This document shows, piece after piece, positions 1-8,747 of a stretch of 9,271 nucleotides of DNA (its first letter is position 1; every line of letters starts with the position of its first letter). The position numbers were made by a program, and so were the translations under genes. The notes under the pieces were generated by a model. It was given only the letters and a program-made list of their open reading frames with translations, ran no database searches and was not told the origin of the DNA. The DNA comes from Trichoplax adhaerens (taxonomy: Eukaryota; Animalia; Placozoa), in assembly GCF_000150275.1 (NCBI RefSeq), contig NW_002061147.1, forward strand, positions 1-9,271. The letters are read 5' to 3'.

Positions 1-979
1 TCCAATACAGAATCTAACGTGATTGGAGAGAAAAAGATTTCAACCACGATACATATACAGTACGGGAGTTTAGATTCATGTAGAAAGCAGATCTACTGCA
101 TACGGTAAACGACATATTCTATATTCTATGTCATATAAACAAGTCGGCCATTCAGCGAATACAATGAGCAATTGATACCGTAAGGTCCTAGCAAAAATTG
201 ATCGCTAGTCTCATGATGGTCGTTTATGAATGTGAAGGGGTGAAATTTGGATGGTATGCAGTGCTTGCAGTCAGCAGAAAGTAAGCTGCCTTGTAGGAAT
301 AGTCTAATTTATACTGGCCGTTTTTTTTTTCCACTCCTGCAAGGGAATGGATAGCTATTAAAGTATAGATGTAGAAATGATGGACAACAACTAATCTAAA
401 ATGAATGCAAATTTGGATGTGGTCAACCCCATATCCAAGCGATTGAAAAGAGAGAAAATCCAAGTGAAAAATGAGACCCCAATGGATGAAGAAGAAAGAT
501 GCACAAATCAAGAAATGGCTGTCATGGCTATGCTCATCCTATGCCCAATCGTTGTGTATATCGTCCAATTTGAACGATGGCCATTTATCCGTGTTGACTA
601 CCTGATGTCGATTGACCGCCATGTTTGCCATACAGATGCTACTATAGTGTGTCGATCGGTGTTGTGCCGGTCGATGGTGTTGTTGAAGGGCTATTTGAAA
701 GCGTTGAATTGAATATTGAAAGGTAGTACAAGTATGTACAGTACATGTAGTGTAATCAAGATAGTAAGGAATGGAAAGCAAATGGACGATGATCGTATTG
801 ATTGATCGATCTTCCTAGATTGAAGAAATGGACAACTACGCTTCCTGTAGAAGGGTAATTGACTTTACAATGCTGTACTGCAACACGGAAGAGAGAATGA
901 TAACAACGGGTACCATGACAAGACGAAAGGCATAGAAATGAGCCGACAAATCAATTTTACAACGAGTGACAATCCTTAC

Positions 980-1160
980 CAGAATAGAATAGGCCGATCC
1001 AGTCATTTTCTAAACATGGTCCTTTAATATCCCATGATATAATAATACTTGAACCGATAGCCACTTCATTTGTACTGATGGATAACGTCGAGATTTCTTG
1101 ATCAATGACTAAATTAGCCTGATCAGAAGTGGACGAACGATTGGGCCTAATCCTTGGCAT
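980..1160 (-). CDS. HECW: Probable first coding exon of a HECW1/HECW2 (NEDL)-like HECT E3 ubiquitin ligase, encoding the start of the HECW N-terminal domain; the gene continues leftwards
   Basis: ATG at 1160 in aatcATG context (A at -3), 60 codons plus 1 nt, then a canonical donor G|gtaagg at 980/979. The peptide STLSISTNEVAIGSSIIISWDIKGPCLENDWIGLFYS matches, from memory, the HECW1-type pattern STL..S....IG.S....I.WDIK......DWIG.Y. A SKICH-type domain (also DWIG) is a weaker alternative. Confidence 0.82.
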
Positions 1161-1399
1161 GATTGATGATTGTCCTTTTATGCAGCAAGCAATCAAAGGT
1201 AAAAGCCATCGGTAACCATGAGTAAAAGGAATCAAACTACAGCGATCATGATCGTAGCTTGTACTAGACTCTATCAAGCTAATGCAAAAAATGCTGCTAT
1301 CAACTAAGCAAGAAGAACGCAGTGGATAACCATTGCAATGATGAGGATAGAAGGAATCGTCGGCAACTTTTTCTTTTCTCCACTCTTGCAGCCGTGTTC

Positions 1400-1720
1400 C
1401 GTACGTCAGTGACGCCAATAACGAATGACTCGGATAGGGTTATGTCAGGGCATTTACACAGCTTTCGGTGGTAGTTGCAACATTGGGGGGGGTTAAGACA
1501 TCGACTCAGCTAGGATTGGCGCGGTCACCCACTTCATCCATAGAGAGATTGTTTACCGTCAGTGGTACCAGGGCACGATGGTCGTGGGGCCATCGTGCCC
1601 ATAGTGAAGCAATAAAACTAGGGTGGCGTACGGTAGGTTGTAAACAAATGGATTTCTCATCGGTCATGCCTACCGTACCAGGACTGCAGTGATACTGTGC
1701 ACTGTAGACTGTGGTAGACA
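1400..1720 (-). promoter_or_regulatory. Putative promoter / 5' regulatory region of the HECW-like gene
   Basis: GC- and CpG-richer than its flanks and 240-560 bp upstream of the ATG. Contains paired CRE half-sites cgtca-g-tgacg (1404-1414), CCAAT boxes (1415-1419 plus; 1482-1486 and 1515-1519 minus) and two forkhead-type sites (1549-1556, 1640-1647). Function is inferred from position and motifs only. Confidence 0.4.
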
Positions 1721-1769
1721 GGACGAACGAATAGCGCATGCTCGACCATAAATTCGACTGTCACGGCAC

Positions 1770-1789
1770 GACTGACTGACTGACTGACT
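1770..1789. repeat. (GACT)5 microsatellite
   Basis: gactgactgactgactgact read directly. Confidence 0.95.
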
Positions 1790-2006
1790 ATACGATAAAG
1801 TACTGATAAAGTGAGTCGATTGGTTTGGTCCAGTCGAGATCTCCAACTTTTCCGAGAACTATTTTTCATAGACTACAATCAAACAACGATAGCAACTCAA
1901 CTCAATTCTAGTCTAGGACTAAACTCCTGCAATGATGGTGCATTATTCTGTGACGAAAAGTGGAAGCTTGAAACCCTGACCATGTTTTTCTTACCTGCAT
2001 GACCCT

Positions 2007-3137
2007 AACTCACTCAAGTCCATGGTCCAACTGCAGCGTCGTTGTAGTAACTGGACAGTGTACGGTCGAGTTCCAGAACTGCTGTCACCGCAGTATCGCT
2101 CGTGTTGCATTCTTAGTAAAAGACGATCACTCGGTCATTCCATGCATGCAACTCACTCAAGGCCATGGTCAAAGAGTAGCGTCGTTGTAGTTACACCTGA
2201 GCTACATAACAGCCTGTCACCGCAGTATCGCTCGTGTTGCATTCACAGTAAAAGACGATCACTCGGTCATTCCATGCATGCAACTCACTCAAGTCCAAAC
2301 TAAACCTTCGACAGGTGTAGTTGTAGTACGGCCGAGTTCCAGAACTGCTGTCACCGCAGTATCGCTCGTGTTGCATTCTTAGTAAAAGACGATCACTCGG
2401 TCATTCCATGCATGCAACTCACTCAAGGCCATGGTCAAAGAGTAGCGTCGTTGTAGTTACACCTGAGCTACATAACAGCCTGTCACCGCAGTATCGCTCG
2501 TGTTGCATTCACAGTAAAAGACGATCACTCGGTCATTCCATGCATGCAACTCACTCAAGTCCAAACTAAACCTTCGACAGGTGTAGTTGTAGTACGGCCG
2601 AGTTCCAGAACTGCTGTCACCGCAGTATCGCTCGTGTTGCATTCTTAGTAAAAGACGATCACTCGGTCATTCCATGCATGCAACTCACTCAAGGCCATGG
2701 TCAAAGAGTAGCGTCGTTGTAGTTACACCTGAGCTACATAACAGCCTGTCACCGCAGTATCGCTCGTGTTGCATTCACAGTAAAAGACGATCACTTGGTC
2801 ATTCCATGCATGCAACTCGCTCAAGTCCAAGAACTGCTGTCACTGCTGTATTTCTCGCCTTGCATTCATAGTAAAAGACGATCACTTGGTCATTCCATGC
2901 ATGCAACTCACTTAAGTCCAAACCAAACCTTCGACAGGTGTAGTTGTAGCACGGCCGAGTTCCAGAACTGCTGTCACCGCAGTATCGCTCGCCTTGCATT
3001 CATAGTAAAAGACGATCACTCGGTCATTCCATGCATGCAACTCACTCAAGTCTATGGTCCAAGTGTAGCGTCGTTGTACAGTAGTACGGTCGAGTTCCAG
3101 AACTGCTGTCACCACAGTATCTCTCGTGTTACATGTC
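2007..3137. repeat. Young tandem satellite, ~133-bp monomer (about 8.5 copies) with a 266-bp higher-order dimer
   Basis: The anchor actcactcaag (or a 1-nt variant) starts at 2008, 2151, 2283, 2417, 2549, 2683, 2815, 2906 and 3040, giving spacings of 143, 132, 134, 132, 134, 132, 91 and 134. An ~80-bp core (ctgtcaccgcagtatcgctc...catgcatgcaactcactcaag) is nearly invariant. Identical 61-aa spurious ORFs 266 bp apart confirm the dimer. Confidence 0.97.
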
Positions 3138-3959
3138 GACCGACCTACCGCAACTCATTCAACCTACTGTAAAACAACATGATTATGTCAATATTGGAGG
3201 AAGTAGCGTCTACACCAAGTTGATGCATACAACCATACAAAAGCTGCTGGATATTGGGTCTTCATCGACGGACGGCCTATGCTAGTCCATGGCCCTTCAC
3301 AGTGGAAGAACAATCTTCCATTGCTATGGATCGATATTGGGATCGTAGACGAAGTAAAATGTTGCTTTGAAGAAAAATCAATATACGACTCCGCTGCATT
3401 CCATGGATAAAATAGAGTACAGTAGATTGGTATTTTATATCCATGCACATTAATGCACATTGCACACCCTAGCCCTGACCATGTTGCATAAATTATTTTA
3501 CTTGGCATACTTCGTTTCAGATGTCCTACTGATACAATTAGACATGTAATGACATATCTACAAAAAAAATCAAGAAATCGTCCAATCTCATGCGGAGTAA
3601 ATCAAATTTGTGTCTTGCATCATCCCCATCAAAAAATAATTTGGATCAGTACGACAGCTTAAACCAAGTGTACAAAGTAATTGATGCAAAATGATCAGGG
3701 CCAATGTACAGTTACACTGTAAGGTATAGGCGAGTCGTATATGGATGTCGATCCAAAGTCATTTTACTAATATGGGCTGATATTATAAAATGAAACTTGA
3801 CTGGCATTGATTTCGGGTTATTTTTTGAACCACTTGAATGATCGTACAGCAAGTTGAAAATAGATCATAATCATCACTGCAATCGACATAGATTCTTTTT
3901 GAATACAGTCATACTCAATCTTTGCAAGGGATGATCTGTTGTAGACTGTAGAGTCGACA

Positions 3960-4430
3960 TTAATTCATTAAATGTCACTTGATGAATAGTATATTCAAAT
4001 TCAATCGTACCCAATCCTTGCCATGAAAAATTCAAAACGATACAGTATTCAAGTATGGGCTCAATGCAATTCGTATTTGATAACAAATTGAGTTCAATTC
4101 GTAATCAATGGGTAACCATTTCAAGTAATACCGGCCCAATACTAGCCAAAATGACCAATGATCGGCTCATGCCTACAGTGATTCTTTTCAAGTCATTTGT
4201 TAAAGTTCAAATTCAATCAAGCCACATATCCTTACCATCAATGAATTAATTAGATTAATGACACTGTTAATTATCACTCAATCTACTTTTATTCTTTCAA
4301 TTCAATTATGCCTAATCCTTTGCCATGAATGATCGCGACAATCTACGGTTATTCTGCTCGAGTCACTGGATGAAATTCAATGATGGCAAATCCAAATTCT
4401 TGCCATTCATGATTATGACAGTGGATCTAT
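3960..4430. repeat. Old degenerate tandem repeat (aattcaat...aatccttgccatgaa-type motif)
   Basis: Recurring motif at ~3998-4027, ~4210-4244, ~4299-4332 and ~4375-4411. Segment 4157-4210 (aatgatcg...ctacagtgattct...aagtcatttgttaaagttcaa) aligns by eye with 4328-4380 (aatgatcg...ctacggttattct...gagtcactggatgaaattcaa). Boundaries are approximate. Confidence 0.7.
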
Positions 4431-4870
4431 TTTAACCTTTCTCCTTTACTGTTGACCAGTACTGTATAGTATAACCAACACGCAAGATATCTACGGTTTA
4501 ATGCTTCCATACATGACCAACGACAATATATGGCATATTGTATAGAAATAACACCACTAGGATAAATAGGCATCCATAAAATTACCCCTGCAAGCTCTAC
4601 AGCCTATTTTTTTTCTTTGTGGATAGGTAACTTACGGGTTCATGCATGATTATACAATAGAACATAATATGGAAAGACTATTATAATTAGTCTAGTCCTA
4701 GTCAAGAGTCAAGAAAGCGCACTGTAGAATACAAGTACAGTATTATTTACTAATTATTTACGAGCTATTTATTTATTTAAATCGTGCTCAAGCAATCTTG
4801 TACATCTCATCATCACGCTATACTTTCAGCCATAAAATCATTGTTTTACAATACTTTTATATTACAAAAG

Positions 4871-4920
4871 NNNNNNNNNNNNNNNNNNNNNNNNNNNNNN
4901 NNNNNNNNNNNNNNNNNNNN
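4871..4920. other. Assembly gap (50 N)
   Basis: Run of n; the round length suggests a placeholder of unknown true size. Confidence 0.99.
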
Positions 4921-4964
4921 ATATATACTATCTGAATTAGCCGCTGTAGTCCATGCTCTACTAC

Positions 4965-5585
4965 TTTCGATTGCCTATTTCCTGAATGCCAACTGTCGCC
5001 GTACTGATCTTACTTCTTCGTAGTTAACGACCCTAAATCAGTCTTTTCAGTATACATTCTATACTATATACTACTTTATATTGCATGGTTGATCTACGCC
5101 AAATGACGCCAACATCCTTCTGATTTTGCTTACCATAAGTTAAACGATGCAGAGATAGAGTTAACCTCATAGTGGACTACCTGAAATCAGTCTCTGCAAT
5201 ATCTACTATATTGCTTCGTTCATAGACACCAATCATCGCCAACATCGTACTTGCGATTTTACTTTTTTATGGTCAAGTACTGTACAGTATACTATCAGAA
5301 ATGAGTCACTATCGTACATTGCATGTTGATATTCGCCAACATCCTATATTGATTTTGTTACCATGTACTGAAGTCTAGCGATGTTACATAGATACACTTT
5401 GCTTCGCATTATACTATCTGCAACGTGCATAATTCATAAACGCTAACCGTCGCCAATATCCTACTGATGCTGCTAGTCAAGTTATGTACACTATCTAAAA
5501 GGAGTATTACATTACAAAGTTGATAAACGCCAATCTTCACCAAGATCCCATCGATGCTGCTTTCATGGACTGTCATGTACAGTAA
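4965..5585. repeat. Degenerate tandem repeat, about 6 copies of a 90-130-bp unit
   Basis: A cgccaacatcc...gattttgctt-like motif starts at 4997, 5107, 5237, 5334, 5451 and 5538, each preceded by an attgcat.gttgata.acgcc-like block. Confidence 0.85.
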
Positions 5586-5617
5586 CCAAGTGATAAAGAG
5601 GCTATCGCATAGAGATC

Positions 5618-5865
5618 AAAAAATAATGACTACCTGACCAGCAGGTGTGCAAATTGAACAATGCCACCCAGAATTCAATTCGAAATTTTTAAATTCCAAC
5701 TTGCAGTAAAAGATTAGCCTCTCACAGAACTGAACTGGGCTACAGACGAGAAATTGGAATATCCGTTTGTATATGGAAGCATTGCCGAACATTAGGATCG
5801 ATACTCAGCTGTGCCAGAATACGGTTACTGCTACCCTGAGTGCAGCAATCCCTGGCAGGTGTAGA
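5618..5865 (-). ncRNA. Candidate structured RNA or element of unknown class
   Basis: GC-richer island with at least six nested helices whose non-Watson-Crick positions are mostly G-U on the minus strand, a possible pseudoknot, and a terminal hairpin followed by T6. I recognise no known family. Confidence 0.3.
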
Positions 5866-7092
5866 AACTATCTTCTGTCTAGAAAATATCAGATGGCCGT
5901 CATCAAAATAAAATAATTAATCATTGTCCTCAACATGATACAAAATCTCCTATCAAGTATCATTCAACAGTCAATCATGACTAAATGCACATTCTCGATA
6001 ATGAAGGAGGGAAAGTAAAGAGCAGGGATGACGACTACCTTATTGATGATGACTGATAATATTAGGGGGACTTTTGCTATACCTGTATACTTTTCAGCCT
6101 TAAGGCCGTCATGATGTAATATGTAGACCTGATAAAGGTTCGGTAAATAATAATCTGATTATTCAATTGGCTCTATTACGCTCAAGAATGCATTCTATTT
6201 CAATCGTAGCGCTACAGATGTTACAGATTAGAAGACAGTCATGGATTACCTCATTTCATTAGCTTGTAAGCTGTTTGTACAGCTGTTACCAACATTTTCT
6301 ATCCATCTTTTGATACTCTTGTATCATTTTACATGCCCTACCTCTAAGTGCTGCTGTAATAAAAGTGTCTCACAATAACTATCTTAGTCAAATAGTATTT
6401 TCTAAAAGGTTTTTATTACAAGGTTTTTAGGAATAGTGGAGCAATAATTAATCACTACAAGAATCGAAGAAGTGAAGTCTCTTCTCCCTTGAGCTCATCT
6501 CTGTAGTTCTTATACAGTACAGTATATATACACTTCGTTAAATCCATTTATGACACTTGATTAATCTACAATCAGATATGAGTCATCAAAACAAACTACT
6601 TTTCTCAAACAGTACATCATTATCTTCGACAATCTAAATCATCCTACTTAGTATGCCACTACTCTTCTATTCTATTAACGTCTAGCACCTTTCTCCGAAG
6701 GGCATCTTAACAACTACAGTGTTTCTAGCTATATCAATGTTGTACCATAATTGGTCAACTGGCTACTATCAGTCATCAACAATTTCTAATATAGTAGTTA
6801 GCAATCATCTAATATTAGCTTCAGGATAGTATCTATTTAAAGTAATCTAACTATATCGAATATAACTATTAACACAATCAAATATAGCCATCCTTATAAT
6901 CAAATATAGGTGCATCACTACAGCTGCATCAAGTTGTTGCCTTCATCCTCCGATTGATCCCTACATCAAAGTGTATAACGTAGAAATTCATTCAAGTAAG
7001 GCTAAAATGCAAAATAGGTTGTAAAAATAGGCGCCTAAATCTTCGAACTGAACTACAGTACAGTCACACACACACTGGCAAAATAATTTTAA

Positions 7093-7124
7093 CTAGCAGT
7101 TTATACCCGTTCTACGAACGGATA
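7093..7124 (-). mobile_element. Helitron-type 3' terminus; the element extends rightwards and its 5' end is not determined
   Basis: Minus strand reads tatccgttc-gta-gaacgggta (9-bp stem with one G-T, 7104-7124), 7 nt, then CTAG (7096-7093) followed by T. This is the canonical Helitron arrangement of subterminal hairpin, CTRR and flanking T. Confidence 0.72.
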
Positions 7125-7439
7125 AAAAACCTCATCAAAAGTAAACGTATAGAATATGACTATGACTGGAATATTTCATGACACAATATGACAGATTTAA
7201 TGATACAGTAGCTAGCGGTACTCTCTAAGAACACCAGCTAACCAATTTCAGATGCGATTGATCGATATCGTAACTATCGAGTAATAGGTTGTAAGCGTTC
7301 AGCTTTGCACCAATGCAAATGACAATAAAAAGGCCATTAGAGAGCATGTTAAAAGCTTAATTACATGAAACTAATCAAATGTTGAATAATAGAATATGGC
7401 TAGGGTTACGTTATTTTAGAATTTAAATACGGAATTATA

Positions 7440-8433
7440 TCTATTCGATAATAAAAAATAATTGGATAATTGGATAAGGGTGGGGATGGACTATTGTCAT
7501 TGGTGGTCTAAAAGCAAATAAAATTGAACTTAGTAGCGTAAGCAAGAATGTNNNNNNNNNNNNNNNNNNNNNNNNNNNNNNNNNNNNNNNNNNNNNNNNN
7601 NNNNNNNNNNNNNNNNNNNNNNNNNNNNNNNNNNNNNNNNNNNNNNNNNNNNNNNNNNNNNNNNNNNNNNNNNNNNNNNNNNNNNNNNNNNNNNNNNNNN
7701 NNNNNNNNNNNNNNNNNNNNNNNNNNNNNNNNNNNNNNNNNNNNNNNNNNNNNNNNNNNNNNNNNNNNNNNNNNNNNNNNNNNNNNNNNNNNNNNNNNNN
7801 NNNNNNNNNNNNNNNNNNNNNNNNNNNNNNNNNNNNNNNNNNNNNNNNNNNNNNNNNNNNNNNNNNNNNNNNNNNNNNNNNNNNNNNNNNNNNNNNNNNN
7901 NNNNNNNNNNNNNNNNNNNNNNNNNNNNNNNNNNNNNNNNNNNNNNNNNNNNNNNNNNNNNNNNNNNNNNNNNNNNNNNNNNNNNNNNNNNNNNNNNNNN
8001 NNNNNNNNNNNNNNNNNNNNNNNNNNNNNNNNNNNNNNNNNNNNNNNNNNNNNNNNNNNNNNNNNNNNNNNNNNNNNNNNNNNNNNNNNNNNNNNNNNNN
8101 NNNNNNNNNNNNNNNNNNNNNNNNNNNNNNNNNNNNNNNNNNNNNNNNNNNNNNNNNNNNNNNNNNNNNNNNNNNNNNNNNNNNNNNNNNNNNNNNNNNN
8201 NNNNNNNNNNNNNNNNNNNNNNNNNNNNNNNNNNNNNNNNNNNNNNNNNNNNNNNNNNNNNNNNNNNNNNNNNNNNNNNNNNNNNNNNNNNNNNNNNNNN
8301 NNNNNNNNNNNNNNNNNNNNNNNNNNNNNNNNNNNNNNNNNNNNNNNNNNNNNNNNNNNNNNNNNNNNNNNNNNNNNNNNNNNNNNNNNNNNCAAGGGTT
8401 ACGCTTAATCACCCGTTACCCTATCAAAGCTAG
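7440..8433 (+). mobile_element. Possible non-autonomous Helitron spanning the gap
   Basis: Candidate 5' end A|TCTATTCGATAATAAAAAA at 7439/7440. The 3' end has an imperfect hairpin agggttacg/cgttaccct (8395-8422, 8 of 9 pairs), 7 nt, then CTAG (8430-8433) followed by T. The interior is mostly N, so linkage of the two ends is unproven. Confidence 0.4.
7552..8392. other. Assembly gap (841 N)
   Basis: Run of n; the three long ORFs over it are artefacts. Confidence 0.99.
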
Positions 8434-8446
8434 TAAATAACAGCTG

Positions 8447-8452
8447 TTTATT
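8447..8452 (-). other. Possible polyadenylation signal AATAAA for the RasGEF-like gene
   Basis: tttatt on the plus strand, ~245 nt downstream of the TAA at 8698-8696; this hexamer is common by chance in AT-rich DNA. Confidence 0.25.
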
Positions 8453-8695
8453 TAAAAATGATGAAATCGTTTTATATCAACTAACTCTATTATACGAAAT
8501 CTGATATCAAATCTCAGTTGCTAACGGTGTAACGATAAATACCCTTAAACAATACAAATGATATTGTTAAATTCAAAGGTTACTTTATAGTAAATAAATC
8601 TTTCACCGGTGCTGATGCTATAGTCCATATTAGACATTATAATCTTAAAAATCCTTTAAATTAAACCTGTAAAGGATCCTCAAATAATGAAGCCA

Positions 8696-8747
8696 TTAAT
8701 GTATAGATTTGCGACGCTGTTCAAGCTTCAAAGATTGTTGATATATC
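8696..8747 (-). CDS. Terminal coding exon resembling the end of a RasGEF (CDC25) domain: (x)IYQQSLKLEQRRKSIH*
   Basis: Acceptor ttgtag| at 8748/8747, phase 2, stop TAA at 8698-8696. The peptide matches the RasGEF terminal motif LY..SL.IEPR. Confidence 0.55.

Noticed and set aside
401-781. 103-aa plus-strand and 80-aa minus-strand ORFs
   Set aside because: No recognisable domain; they lie in the presumed first intron of the HECW-like gene.
1161-1418. Upstream extension of the 957..1418 ORF
   Set aside because: It starts at a non-ATG codon and shows no recognisable similarity; more likely 5' UTR ahead of the ATG at 1160.
1571-1621. Hairpin plus CTAG as a third Helitron end, or as an H/ACA snoRNA
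   Set aside because: The CTAG is 17 nt away and followed by G rather than T; there is no properly placed ACA box or pseudouridylation pocket.
2007-3137. CRISPR-like repeat-spacer appearance
   Set aside because: The core is ~80 bp, the linkers recur and are mutually related rather than unique, there are no cas genes and the context is eukaryotic.
2007-3137. Hammerhead-ribozyme satellite (retrozyme-like)
   Set aside because: No CUGANGA plus GAAA core on either strand of the monomer.
1999-3172. ORFs inside the satellite
   Set aside because: The 134-, 143-, 91- and 266-bp periods are not multiples of 3, frames shift and stop, and the peptides resemble nothing.
3188-4249. Short ORFs of 62-106 aa
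   Set aside because: No recognisable motifs; partly within a degenerate repeat.
5634-5795. Minus-frame peptide ...FCERL...WHCSICTP resembling the tail of a PHD/ADD zinc finger
   Set aside because: Required cysteines are missing and the frame is closed upstream by TGA; kept only as a weak alternative to the structured-RNA idea.
7402-8403. agggttacg direct repeat (7402-7410 and 8395-8403) as a target-site duplication or telomeric seed
   Set aside because: No terminal inverted repeats adjoin it, it is not an iterated TTAGGG, and the second copy is part of the hairpin; cannot be evaluated across the gap.
7441-8412. Three ~300-aa ORFs, plus the ORF over 4871-4920
   Set aside because: They are open only because they run through N gaps.
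8695-8708. A|TCTATAC as the 5' end of the minus-strand Helitron
   Set aside because: It lies inside the RasGEF-like terminal exon, and several similar words occur nearby by chance.
8667-8747. Alternative frame DISTIFEA(TGA)TASQIY... as a selenoprotein exon
   Set aside because: No SECIS seen, and the other frame gives a RasGEF motif.
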